Assembly (NCBI RefSeq): GCF_963921235.1 | Contig: NC_086097.1 | Location: forward strand, 20,028,001-20,092,000 | Direction: 5' to 3' | DNA length: 64,000 bases | From: Mobula hypostoma | Taxonomy: Eukaryota | Shown here: positions 49,501 through 62,548 of the stretch, piece by piece | How the letters are laid out: each line of letters starts with the position of its first letter | How positions within the stretch are numbered: position 1 is the first letter of the stretch | The notes under the pieces: model-generated | Seen by the model: only the letters and a program-made list of their open reading frames with translations | Database searches by the model: none | What the model was told of the DNA's origin: nothing | Made by a program: the position numbers and the translations under genes

Positions 49501-52500
49501 TGTTCAATGTTCTATGTTCTATGCAGTAGAAATACCCTAGATGAGTAACTGCAAAACACTTTGTAGATGTTAAAGGTTCAAGTCACTGCTCTAATAGGGG
49601 AGGGAATGAATAATTAGAGACACAAAAGCATTTGTTCTTTTCGATTTCCATTAACTATAGCTTTTCCCCAGGAGTGTTAGCTATAAAGTATTAACCATAG
49701 TAAGTAGATTTTAAGCACGGTTAATGATTTACCATGTTAATTGTGGCACAGTCTTGATTTTAATGTTGACCAACTAGTTACCTTTAATTAAATATTCCTA
49801 AGGTAAAATGCAGAGTAAACAATCTCTGCATCGACATAAGCAAAGTTCATCAGTAAAATTAATTTGACCCAGACATGGAAAAGAACAAAGATCATTGCTG
49901 TATCATGGAATGCTTATACACTTATTGCTCCAGGACTGATATTAAATTTAAATATGACAAAAAAAATGAAATGGGAAAAATTATAACCCCTTAACTACCA
50001 TAGTGGCCATAAGGAATATCATTAGACTGTATTTTCTGCTCAGGAGGTAAGGATTCGTTTTTCATGTGTTGTGAAACAATCCAAGCTCAACGCCCATTCT
50101 CCAATGTAAATTAATGTGCAGTTGAAAATAATTAAGAAGTTGAAGTGAACTATTAAAAAGGGAATCTCAAGCAAGTGCATTCTATGTTGTGGGAATAAGA
50201 GGGGAGGGATGCACTTAAAAATACTGGTATTTGGTGAAAATTAAAATAAAAATGGAATCTCAGTCAAATCATTATCATCCAGTCTTCATCATCTCCTTCA
50301 CTTTAATCATTCATGCTCCTGGATCCTCCCAGAATATGTGGCATTGCTTAATTACTGTGTTATGCAGAATTAAATTGGCTCCCCCATTGAACTCTGGAAA
50401 GTAAAATTGAAATATTTGTAAGCAGTTTCCTGTATTGATCTGAGTCTTACCTTGCTTGTTCTACCTCTTTTATAGTCTCGGGTGAAGCTGAGGAGACCAA
50501 ATTTTTATTATACTGTTTCCTATAGGGAATATGAATAAAATAAATGTAAAGTAAGTGTTATCTGCAGAATATTAAATGTCATTCCTATTTTATTAAAAAG
50601 TGCATCAAAACAAATATATGGCTAATATAGTTAGGTAATTTCGGTGTCATTGCAGCTCCTACTGTTTTATTACACAAATTTGATTCACAGGGTGGTGCAG
50701 AAGATTTAGGAAGTTGAGTAGTCATATTTGCGATAGATAACCATTTTCTAATCTGCTTTACTTTGTTGATCTAATACAGTTCATGCACGCTGCCAGCAGT
50801 GATGCTCATGCCAATGAACGTCAAAGGGGAATGGTCTGTGCCTGATGCTTGTTTTGCTCAGTGTCACTTGCCATTTATCAGTCCAACTGAAGATGTTATC
50901 CTGGTTTTTTTTCCACTTACGAGCCAGTACACAGGTCGCAAATCATTTAAAGAAATGGCAGTTAAAGAAATTGACCCTGGTAGGAAAGGGAGCAAGGAAG
51001 ATCTGATTCGCTAAACTGCATTTATTTTAATGCAAGAAGTCTTGACAGGAATGAGAGATGAGCTGAGACCATGACTAGGCACATGGGGTTGTGACATTAT
51101 AGCTATTACAGAAACATCGCTGAAGGACAGACAGAACTGGCAGCTCAGTGTTCTATGGTACAGATGCTATAGGCTTGATAGAGGTGAAGCAAAAAGAAGG
51201 GGGAGTTGTGTTTTGATTAGGGAGAATATCACATGGGTATTCCTTGGGGAACATCTAGTGAGACTACATGGATAGAACTTTGCAATAAGAAGGTGGTGAT
51301 CACTGATGGGCTCATATTTCAGGCTCTCCAACATCAGGAATTAGAGGAACAAATATGTAGGGGGATTGCAGCTAGCTGTAGGAATAATAGGGTTATATTA
51401 GCAGGTAATTTTTACTTCCCTGATATTGACTGGGGCTGCCAAAATGCTAAGGGATTAGATGGGCAGAATTTCTTAAGTGTGTCCACGGAAGTTTTCTCAA
51501 GCAATATGTACAGCCTATTAGAGAGGGACAACACTTGACCTCATATTGGAAAATGAAATGTCAGTGGGGAGCACTTTGGGACAAGTAACTATAATTCTAT
51601 TAGTTTCAAAACAATAATGGAAAAAGATAGAACTGGTTTGCAAGTTAAAATTCTAAATTGGAGCATGGTTAATTTTGACACCATTCAACAGGGAATATCA
51701 AAAGCTGATTGGGAGAGGCTTTCAGTGGGTAAAGTTGGAAGCTTTTAACAGTGAAATGGAGAGCACTCAGAGCCATCATGTTCTTGCTAAAATAAAGATC
51801 AGGTTGGCAGGATGATAGAACCCCAGCTGATGAGGGACATTAAGACTCTGGTTGGGGAAACAATGGTAAGGGCAGCCGGGATCAAGTCAAAACCTTGATG
51901 AATATAAGGGATGTAGGAGTACAATTAAAAAGGAAATGAGGAAAGCAAAAAGTGAACCTGAGATGTCCTTGACAAAAAACATGGAGAATACTAGGAGATT
52001 CTACAAGTATATTAAGAGCAGTGTTGTGGAACATGGCGATCTAGAGACACAATTCCATAGTTACCTGAACGTGGCGACTCAGGTAGTGCAAGGATGAATG
52101 GCATGCTTTCCTTCATCAGACAAGAGCAACGAGTACAAGAGTTATGATGTTATCTTACAGCTGTACAGAATTTTTGTAAAATACTGTGTGCAGTTCTGGT
52201 CACCGGACTATACAATGAATGCGATTCAGCTACAGATGGTGCAGGAATGATTCATAAGGATGTTGCTAGGTCTACTTGATTTGAGGTTTAATGAATGATT
52301 GGATAGGCTGGGACTGTGGGAATGAGAAAGGCTGAGGGGTGAGCTTATCAAAATCCATAAAATCATGAGGAGCATAGAGACTGTGGCTAGTCACAGTATT
52401 TTCCCCAAAGTAAGGGAGTCTAAAACTATGTCATAGGTTTAAGATGAGAAGGGCAGGACTGAAAGGGGTCTTGAGAGGAAAGTTTTTTTTCTGCTTAGAG

Positions 52501-55500
52501 AGTAATTAATAAATGGAATGGGCTGCCTGGTGATCTAGTGCAGGCAGGTACAATTATAAAGTTTAAAAGACACTTACAGTAAATGAGCTCATGGCAAGGA
52601 AAGGTTTAAGGATATGGGCCAAATGCTAGCAAATAGGACTAACTCAGGAAGGCACCTTGGTCAGCACAGAGGAGTTGGACTGAAGTATCTGTTTCCATTC
52701 TGTATAACTCAATGACTATGACACATCATTTACCACCAATGCACTTTCTCTACAGCTGCAACTCTAGATTTTATATTTGGTTTTCTTTTTACTTATGAAG
52801 CCCTCCGCTGGTTGGGGTTGACCCATGGATATTGTGCCCTAGCTGCCTACGTGATACTCAAGCCAGGGTAGTGCGCTATGGAAAGCAAGCACTTGCCCAC
52901 GTAGCAGTCTCCTCCTCTCCGTGCAGGTAATGAATCCAAAGGAATGGCAGAGATCAAAACAGTTTGGCACCAGCAGTGTCACAAGAGTTGCAAATCAGCA
53001 CTGAACTCAACGTAGAACTCCAACACCAGAGTTTTTCCTTGGAGTTTACTCCAGAAGCCTTCCTTGTAAGTGAGTAAAGGTGCAAGGCAGCAGAGGATTG
53101 AGATCAGAGTTTTCCTTCTCCTAGATGAGCTGCCAACCACAAGTGACATCTGCCTGAAGCAAATGGTTTTAAGATGTCTTTGTCCTTCTCCTGTCTGTAG
53201 AAACAGTTCCACCAAACTTAGTAGTTAAGCCACAGTTGAAGGCCAGGAGCTGGTCTTGTTGTCAGAGGCTATTTGAGATGCACACTATTGGGAACATTTA
53301 ATAGGTAGTGGGAGCTTATCCCCACCACCTCTCCCCCGACCCCTGGCTATAACAACCTTAAGGAACCAAGGTTGCTTTTTACTACCTCAATGTAATTATG
53401 TATGGAATGATCTACTGGGACGGTACTCAAAGAGAAGCTTTTCACTACATCTCAGTATGTAAAGTAAGTAAAGTAAAGGCATCCGTTAGTCTTCTGAGAC
53501 CATGGATCTGTGCCTGGAAAGTCTTCACTCTCTGAGGCACAGGCCTGGGCAAGGTTGTATGGAAGACCGGCAGTTGCCTATGCTGCAAGTCTCCCCTCTC
53601 CACAACACCAACGTTGTCCAAGGGAAGGGCAAGGGCCGATACAGCTTGGCACCAGTGTCGTCGCAGAGCACTGTGTGATTAAGTGCCTTGCTCAAGGACA
53701 CAACACGCTGCCTCGGCTGGGACTCGAACTCACGACCTTCAGATCGCTAGTCGAATGCCTTAACCACTTGGCCACATGCCCACGTGGTTATTATTGTCAG
53801 TATGTGTGCCAATAATAACCAATACCGATAAGCCTGGTGCCTGTCACTGATTAATTCAAAGCAGTGTGTTTTTTGTACTGAGTAGTTGAATTCTACAATA
53901 ATTGAATGAAGCATCATCATTAGCAGAGCAAAATGAGAATTTAGAGATAAAATAACTGAACTATCAGACATAAAAGTGGAAAATCTAGAAACACTCAGCA
54001 GGTTAGGCAGCATTGATGGAAAAAGAAACAAGGGTTAATGCTTCAGGTTGAAACACCTACATCACAACTGGGAAAAGTTAAATATGTTAAGTTAACTGGT
54101 TTTTCATACAACAAAGGATCTTGACCCAATCTGTTAACTTGTTATCCTTTCAGATGCTGCCTGGCCTCCTACGTATCTTCAGCATTTTACTGTTTTCATT
54201 TCAAATATCTAGCATCTGTGGTTCTGTTATTTTCATGAATAATCAGAATGTCTGAACAAGTAACTTAGACTACATTAATATATATTTCGTTGTTTACTAA
54301 ATATGCTTCAAACAAGAAACCAGAAAAAATAACAAGTGAAAGTTTCAGATTGGGGTGGAGCGGGGTGACGGAGGACAATTTTTGAAACAGATTATGCATA
54401 TAATTGTATGATTCAAAACTGCAGTGCAATACCATCAGACAGAGTTCAATTTCTAATCACTAGTGGCAATGAGAAGGGAACCACATTTCAGTCCAACATA
54501 CCTGTTTGTTTTCAGTCCATTCATCTTTGCAAACAAAAGGCGTAAAACTTTCTCCTTCTGCTCCCAGGTCAAGTCGGAGATACTCACTTTTCCAATATGA
54601 ATGCTTAAAAATAAAGAGTATTGTTTATTATTAAAATGTGAAGGCTCGAAGTGTAAACAGGAAACAATGAATGAGGGTACTGAATGAATCAGAAAACATC
54701 TGCGGAAGAAGAAATGGAGTTAATATTTCAGGTTGATGATGCACTCGACCTGGTACTCAAATTCATTAAGACCAAAGAATTGATTGTGGTCTTCAGGAAG
54801 GAGAAATTGGGAGAACACACGGTGGTGGAAAGGGTGAGCAGCTTCAAGTTCAGGAAGTCAATACGTCAGAGGGTCTATTCTGGGCCCAACATTTTGATAT
54901 AATCCAGAAGGAAGGCACATCAGCAGTTATATTTCATTAGGAGGTTGAGGAGATCTGGTATGTCACCAAAGTCTAGCAAATTTCTAAAGATTCTTGCGTC
55001 ACTGTCTAGTATGGAAGTGCCAACCATGGGATGGGAAAAACTGCACTGGGTTGTAGACTTACCCAGCTCCATCGTGAGCACTAGCCTCCCACTATCGAGA
55101 ATATCTTCAAAAGAAGATGCCTCGAGAAGGGGCATCCATCACGAAAATACCACCATCATCCAGGACATGATCTTTTTCATTACTGCCATCAGGGAGGAGG
55201 TACAGGAGCCTAAAGAAGCACAGTCAGCCGTAGTGCCTCTTTCCTGCACTAACTTGATAATCACTAGTTGTTTTTTTTTAGTATATTCAGTCCCCGTTAC
55301 AAACCACAGAATGGTTATAATAAGGTAGGATGCCATTTTGCCCATCAAGTCCATACCATCTCTGTGTAAGGGCAAATTGAACGATTCCAACCTCATGCCC
55401 CATCTCTGCAGAGACCTGCAAGTTCTTTCAAGCATCCATCCAATTCTCTCCTGAGCTCTGCAATTGAATCTGCCTTCAGTACTAGCCATGGCAGTGCACT

Positions 55501-58500
55501 CCAGAATCATTACATAGAAATGTTTTCCCTCATAATTTTTTCTAAGTTCAAAGTAAATTTGTTAGCAAAGTACATGTACATCACCATATACAACCCTGAG
55601 ATTAATCTTCTCGCAGAAATAATCAATAAATCCATTGAATAATAGCCATAACAGAATCAATGAAAGACCACATCAACTTGGATGTTGAACCAGTGTGCAA
55701 AGGACAACAAGCTGTGTAAATACAAAAAGAAAGAAGTAATAAAAATAAATCAATCAGCAATAAATATCGAGAACATGAGATGAAGGGTCCTTGGAAATTA
55801 GTCCATAGGTTGTGGGCACATTTCAATGATGGGGCAAGTGAAGTTATCCTCTTTGGTTCAAGAACCTGATGATGGCTGAGGAGTAATAACTGTTCCTGAA
55901 CCTGGTGGTCTGAGTCGTGAAGCTCTTGGATCTTCTTTCTGAGGACAGCAGTGAGAAGGGAGCATGTCCTGGGTGGTGGGGTCCCTGATAATGGATGCTG
56001 TTTTCCTGCGACAGCATTTCATGTCAATATACTCGACGGTGGGGAAGGCTTTACCTTTTTTGGGCCATATCAAAGGTGGGGATGAATCAGCATACAGGAG
56101 AGAGTTTGAAAATTTGGCAGAGTGATGTCATAACAACCTCTCACTCAATGTCAGCAAAAACCAAGGAGCTAATTGTAGGCTTCAGGAGAGGAAAACCAAA
56201 GGTCCATGAGCCAGTCCTCAACAGAAGATCAGAGGTAACTTTAAATTCCTGGGTGTCACTATCTCAGAGGATCTGTCCTGGACCCATCATATAATTGCAA
56301 AGAAAGCACAGCAGCACCTCTACTTCCTTAGAAGGCTGTGGAGATTTGGCATGTCATGAAAAACCTTGACGAACTTCTATAGATGTGTGATTGAAAGTAT
56401 GCTGACTGGCTGCATTATGGCGTGGTATGGAAACACCAATGCCTTTGAACGGAAAATCCTACAAAAGGTAGTGGATTCAGCCTAGTACATAACAGTAAAG
56501 CTCTCCCAAACATCGAAGACAACAAACTGTTGAACTTGATGGACTGGGCCAGTGATCCAACAACGAAACTGATGAAGAACATAAACATATGTTTGAAGAA
56601 ATTGCAAGACCTACAACAGATCACAAAGGAAAAATGGTGGAGAATTAAAGCAGCTGAATCAGATATTGCTCAATTCTACGGACTACTGAAAATACACAGG
56701 GAACATACCACTACGACCAATTGTGTCATTCCCTGGCACACCTACATACAACTTAGCAAAGGACTTGTGGAGACGGCTGAAACATTTGATCGCTGAATCC
56801 CAGTACTCAATCAACAACACTCTACAATTCCTGGAGAAACTCAAGAATATGTGAATGAGGATGACAAGATAATGGTTTCCTTCAATATCACCTCACTGTA
56901 AACATCGGTCAGTTTGGAATTTGCACAAGAAACTGTTGCAGAACAATCAATAAGTGGGACACTCAGGATAGAAGGCATATGTGAACTTCTCAATCTGTGC
57001 TTATCAATCTACTTCAAGTTTGATGGAGAAGTTTACAAACAGATGAAAGGTGTACCAATGGGATTTCCTATCTCTGGCTTAGTTGCAGAAGTCAGAATGC
57101 GGAAATTAGAAAATACAATTATACCAGAATTCAAACCCAGACTCTGGGTGCACGATGTAGACAACACCTTTGTGATAATCAAGGAAAATGATGTACAAAT
57201 GATGCATCAGCTGCTAAATAATATCTTTAATGACATCAAGTTCACAATGGAAATTGAAAAAGAAAGCCAGCTTGCATTCTTGGATGTTCTTATCAAGAGG
57301 ACTACTGCTGGTCAATTACAGACATCCGTCTACAGGAAAGCAACACACACTGATCAGATTCTGAATTTCAATAGCAATTACCCAAACAGTCACAAACAAA
57401 GCTGCATGAAGACCTTATTCAAGATGATGGAGTCCCATTGCAACACCATAGATATAAAACTAGAAGAAGAAAAGCACCTCTTCAAGACCTTTCAACAGAA
57501 TGGATATCCAAGAAGCTTCATCTGAAGGTGCCTCAAGGTCAGAAACCTGAATATGCAAACTACATGAATAACAAATAAATGAATTGTATTGCCAGACATA
57601 AAGAATGTCTCGGAAATGACGGAAAGATTGCTTCAGCAACACAACATCACAGTTGCTCACAAACTGACTGCAATTTTGAGGAGGAACCTATCAAAACTCA
57701 AAAATGCAACAAAATGTGACTGATAGAATAAATTGAATCTACAAAATCCAGTGTATTGACTGGGACAAGTACTACTTTGGTCAAACAGGAAGAAAACTAT
57801 CAACCAGGCTACGTGAGCATCAGCGAGCAAGCAGAAGGCATGATCCACTCTCGCTAGTATCAGCTCATGAAGACGAAGAAGGACACCATTTCAAATAGAC
57901 AACAGCCAGAGCCTTGGCTCAAGCAAGAACAAGAAAAGAACAATAATTTCTCGAAGCTTGGTTGTCTACAGAAGGACCCATCAGCAAACACATAGACATA
58001 GATCTGGTATATGAACCCTTACGGAGAAAAGAGAAATTACGATGTCAATAATCAACGAATCGCCAGTCATCTTGGGATCTGGACAACAAAGCAAACACTT
58101 CCAATGGACCTCCCTCAAAATTAGCCAATCTGAATATTGTACTGCTGAACTGTTCACAGTGTTTTGAACTGCCAATTAGATCACAACATCTAATCAATAT
58201 GCATTTGGACAGCACACACAAAATGCTGGAGGAACTCAGCAGGCCAGGCAACATTTATGGGAAAAAGTACAGTCGACATTTCAACCGAGACTCTTTGGCA
58301 AGGAAGAGGAGTAGATTTAAAAGGTGGGGGAAGAGAGAGAGAAACACAAGGTGATATGTGAAACCGGGTTTGGGGGGGGATGAGGTAAAGAGTTGGGAAG
58401 TTGATTGGTGAAAGAGATACAGGGCTGAAGAAGGGGGATACATGGCTGTAGCAGCGGGTCTGGGTATGCAAGTAGTCGAAGAGTCAGAAAGTAGTAGAGA

Positions 58501-61500
58501 TCACAGAGGGGGAGCAGTGAGAGAGGGTTTCACAGAACTCCCATCGAAGGAAACATTTAAACTTCTTCAGGGTAGGTATCCCCAGAAAAGACTTCACAGT
58601 TTCATAATCCAATCACAAACAAGAGAAACTCTGCAGATGCAGGAAATCCAAGCAACACACACAAAATGCTGGAGGAACTCTGCGGGCCAGGCAGCATCTA
58701 TGGAAAAAAGTACAACCAATGTTTCAAGCTGAGATCCTTTGGCAGGACTGGAGAAAAAAAGATGAGGAGTAGATTTCTGCTGCCTGGCCTGTTGAGACTT
58801 TTAAATCTACTCCTCATCTTTTTTGTCTCTCCCTCTGTCCCAAGCACATCCTTCTTTATGAACAGAAACTAGACCTGTCCATATAGTGCAGGTAAATATA
58901 GTCTTAGAGCCCCGTAAGCAGAATGAAAGCAATAAGAAAAAGGATGAGACAGAGATACTGATGCATGCAGCAGAGGGACACAACTGTGAAGTTCTGGGTT
59001 CAGGATGTGTGTCTAATTTTGATAGCCAGTAAACTCAACTCCTGAATTCCTGGCTAGGCTAGGAATACGTTTGCATACTTTCACTGCATGGTAGTTTTAT
59101 CACTTCAGGACAGACTCAGTTAAGAAAATCCGAGTTTATGTTCATTATTGCATAGGGAGCATCCTGCAAATTGAAACATTGAACTTTCACTTACCTCTTA
59201 TCAGCTTCTTCCATATCTTGGTACACACAGTTTGTACTGTACTCGCTTTTCGCAAAGGTCCTGATTTTGGGATAATCCTCCTTGCCAGTCTGTGCCTTTA
59301 ACATCTTTCTCTGAAATGCAATTTGAGCTGCTTGTTTATATTGAGCCCGACTATAGGCAATTTGTTGCCTCACTTCTTCAAGGGATTGCAGAAAAAACAT
59401 TTCTACATCGGTGCGCTGGTCCAAGATGTTTTTAGCAAGTTTCTTCACCCGGTTCATTTCTTTATCTTTCAGCTTAATTACTTCCCCTAGCCTTGAGATC
59501 TCTACCTGGCTGGTTGCCATTTTAAAGTCATTTTCTTTCTTTATCTTCTGTTTCGCTGTCTCAAACTCAGCCGCCATGTGTCCCAAAGCTTTCTCCAGGT
59601 TCTCAACCTTTGTTTGAAGCTCATTGATCTTTTCTCTCTGCTGCTTGCTGTCTGACACTTTCTCTTTCACTAATTGCTCATTGGTTTCCTAGAATGAGAA
59701 ATATCCTAATTGAACATCAATTCAGTCTGAACAAAAACAATTGCAAGAAGTTGCATTAAAGGTTCAAAGTTCAAAGTAAGTTTATTCTCAAAATATGTAT
59801 ATGTCACCATAAACTACCCTGAGATTCATTTTCTTGCAGGTATTCACAGTAGATCTCCAAGAGGACCACAACCTTGTCGTAGGGTTGGAGACTTGCGTGC
59901 CTCACTGACCTGGAGAGCCAGGTTGGCTTGTGCTTTGGCTCTTGGTTGGTCACCCATGCCAAACAGGTCAAAGGGAAGAGGCCAGACTTAGAATGGTCCA
60001 GTGGTCCTCCAGGTTCGGGGGTTCAGCTCAGGGCTAACAACCCTGACTGGTCAAACAAAATTGTAATGGAAACAGCAACGAAAAATCCTTCTATACAGAC
60101 AGAGATGGAGGACCTACCTATACTGCTGCCCTAAAAGCCTGCAGTATTACGGGCAGTAAGTAAGTAAGTATTCACAGTAGAACAAAGAAATACAATAGAC
60201 TCAATGAAAAACTACACACAAGTAAGACTGACAGAACAGCCAAAGTGCAAAAGAAGCCAAACTGTGCCGATACAATATTAAACATAATAATAAATAAGTA
60301 AATACTACTGAGAACATGAGCTGTAGAGTCTTAAAGTCTAAAGGAAGTGGATTAGGAAATAAAATCAGAAATTAAAAAGGTTTACAAACTGTGGTCTAGA
60401 ATGAAAGCAGTGACTTAATGAACTAAAAATATTATTCGGTGCTGATAAACAAATTCAAAAGATTACTGAAATTCGTCTGGTAAAAACAGTCATGGTACAT
60501 TAAATTCAGAAATATTCAAGTGGAAAATTACCAGGAAATCACTTTGAACTCTGTCAAGTTCAAAGGCCTTTTATCATCTTTATTTTTGATTTTGCTACTT
60601 GCCTCCCAAGAGGCCTTAATGATAGGTGCAAACAACATGCTTCATGGTGACTTCAGAAATAAAATTGACATTTATCAATCTTTTGGAAATTGCTAGCATT
60701 ATCTGACACTGTAATATTTACCTGATAACGAGGACTGTGACGAAGGTTGTCCAAGTTTACAACAGGTTATTATTAATCTGATAAGAGGTCAAAGGAATGG
60801 CAGATGGACTTTTAACTCCAACAAGTGCAATGAGATGTACTTTGGGAAGTTAACCATGCAGGATCTACACAATGAATGGTAGAACTTTGGGGTGATTTGT
60901 TGAACAGAGCACTCGGGGGTACAAGTACTTAATTCTCTAGAAGTGCCAAAATGCCAGGCACCTTTGGCATTTTTAGAGTGCCAGGATGTTGAAAAAGGTG
61001 TATGGCATCACTAACTGAGACACTGAGTAGAAGAATTGGGACAACATGTTACAGTTGTACAAAATGTTGATTAGGCCATATTTGGAGTATTGTGTGTACT
61101 GTGGGTTGCCACAAAGATGTAATTAATGGAAAGGGTGCCAAAAATTTCACAGTAATATTGCATGGGCTTAAGTTGAAAGAAGAGGCTGGATAGGCTGTGT
61201 CTATTTCTCCTGGAGCAAAGGAGGATGAGAGGTGACATGATAGAGGGTTTAAGAAATTCTGAGTGGGTAGATGACCAGATTCTATTTCCCAGAGTCTGAT
61301 GGGGTATCTAAAATTAGATGGTACATGTTTACGGTGTGGGGGAGGAAGTTTAAAGAGTACTTAGTTTTCAACAGAAAGAGCAGTTGGTATCTGGAGGATG
61401 CGGTGGAAGCAGGAACAGTAATGACATTTAAGAAGCATCTAGACAAGTTCTTGAATGAGCAGGGTATAGAAGGATATGGAAGTAGTACTGCATAGACAGG

Positions 61501-62548
61501 CATGATGGACCAAAGGGCTGCTTCTATGCTGTACAACTCCGACTCCAAATGAATCCCACAATGATTAGCAATTTTCTCACCTCCTCACCTGACAATACCG
61601 TAACCTGGACCAAAGGTTCCAATCAGTGTGGAAGGTGATCTAGCTATAACATGGTTTCAAATGGTTCCAAAACAGGGCATTGTCCCTTGTGCTAAAGATA
61701 ATCAGATTTCCTAATGATGATCCATCAACACAGGAACTTGCTTTCACTGCTAAGCACTGGTATTTGTCCAGAAATATAAGAATTCACCAGTAACAATAGA
61801 TTTTTAAAGATTTCATTCCTGGTTCAGTGCAGTGCAGTTATGAAAAAACCCCATGTAAACCAGTTGCCTTTCAAGATTAAGATCAATGAGAAATCCTATT
61901 CCTATCTCTTGTGCCTCCTGTATTTTCGTGGAGAATGAAACTAAAGAAGAGATTCTTGCTAAAGATGAGCTTTATTTATCATATATACATTGAAACATAG
62001 AGTGAAATGTGTCAAATTGTTAAAATTTTGCGGGTCAGTCTGCAAGTGTTGCCATGCTTCTGACACCAACATGGCATGCCTGTGACTCACTAACCCTCAT
62101 CTCTTCTTTGGAATGAGGTAATAATCCGGAGCACACAGACGAAATGCATGTGGTCACGGGGAGAATGTACAAATTCCTTTCAGGCATTGGCAGGAATTGA
62201 ACCCCTAATGCTGTAAAGTGACGAGCTAACTGCTACGCTATCATGTTGCCCTAATACTGTAATTCAAACTAACCTGCAATCCAGCTCACGGGTCTAAACT
62301 CAATCACCTAGATTTCTTGGTAATGGGAATTCTTCATTTCTATTTGTGGAGTTGGGTTTTACAAAGAGGAAAAATGTTACAAGATGTTCATTGTATGCAA
62401 AACCTTTTCACTGGCAAGCTGTGTGTTTTTATCTTCTAGAGCCTTGTAGCTCTTCCTCCTTTGTTCTTCTTCCATCTTGTAGATCTTTATTGTCTCATGT
62501 AGTCTTACATTTTCTTTAAAGACACTTTGAGCCCTTTCGTTAAGATTC
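46429..62548 (-). CDS. BBOF1: Basal body orientation factor 1 (CCDC176), last five coding exons; 5' exons lie right of the window
   Basis: Exons 62404-62548, 59195-59688, 54502-54603, 50451-50519, 46429-46561 splice in frame; coiled-coil with KDKEMNRVKKLAKNILDQRTDVEMFFL, YPKIRTF, DLTWEQKEKVLRLLFAKMNG, TFITQ; synteny with ALDH6A1. Confidence 0.93.
47283..49523 (+). mobile_element. Young 5'-truncated CR1 LINE in BBOF1 last intron
   Basis: 476-aa open ORF2 segment ([28 protein letters not shown]), then two nonsense codons; (TTCTATG)n tail. Confidence 0.93.
50451..50519 (-). CDS. BBOF1: BBOF1 penultimate exon (putative)
   Basis: ctatag| and |gtaaga, 69 nt, phase 2-2, open (KQYNKNLVSSASPETIKEVEQA); little recognisable homology. 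Confidence 0.65.
51010..52720 (+). mobile_element. Old degenerate CR1 with large internal deletion
   Basis: APE remnants (AITET, GNFYFPDIDW) joined near 52020 to a 3'-end remnant. Confidence 0.75.
52794..53369 (-). mobile_element. RTE-related non-autonomous element
   Basis: Homologous to 6482-6862; degenerate TSD core CTTTTTACT at 52785-52793 and 53375-53383. Confidence 0.6.
53461..53796 (-). mobile_element. tRNA-derived SINE copy 3
   Basis: A and B boxes, (TTAC)-like tail; TSD TCAGTATGT at 53452-53460 and 53797-53805. Confidence 0.88.
54502..54603 (-). CDS. BBOF1: BBOF1 internal exon
   Basis: IHIGKVSISDLTWEQKEKVLRLLFAKMNGLKTN; tttaag| and |gtatgt. Confidence 0.93.
56512..58030 (+). mobile_element. 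Degenerate Penelope-like retroelement (RT and GIY-YIG remnant)
   Basis: FYGLLKIH, QMKGVPMGFPIS, WVHDVDNTFVI, FLDVLI, VYRKATHTDQIL. Confidence 0.85.
58210..58835. mobile_element. Penelope pLTR and ORF 5' fragments, same family as 8930-9557
   Basis: Two pLTR units and the gatacatggctgtag...cagggtagg block shared with about 9205-9385. Confidence 0.75.
59195..59688 (-). CDS. BBOF1: BBOF1 large internal exon
   Basis: ttctag|GAAACC...GATAAGAG|gtaagt; 494 nt open. Confidence 0.95.
59854..60167 (+). mobile_element. Short RTE-derived non-autonomous element (5'UTR fused to 3' tail)
   Basis: Perfect 14-bp TSD GTATTCACAGTAGA at 59840-59853 and 60168-60181; (TAAG)n tail; 5' end resembles RTE/BovB 5'UTRs. 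Confidence 0.8.
60730..61545 (+). mobile_element. Old CR1 3' remnant
   Basis: Degenerate RPxLEYCV region and CR1 3' end; a similar remnant lies at about 62600-63260. Confidence 0.7.
62404..62548 (-). CDS. BBOF1: BBOF1 internal exon
   Basis: ccacag|G AAT CTT...GAA AAG|gttttg; NLNERAQSVFKENVRLHE... Confidence 0.88.

Noticed and set aside
52794..53369. HDV-like or twister ribozyme at the 5' end of this element
   Set aside because: I could not build the required pseudoknot or find the consensus in this degenerate copy
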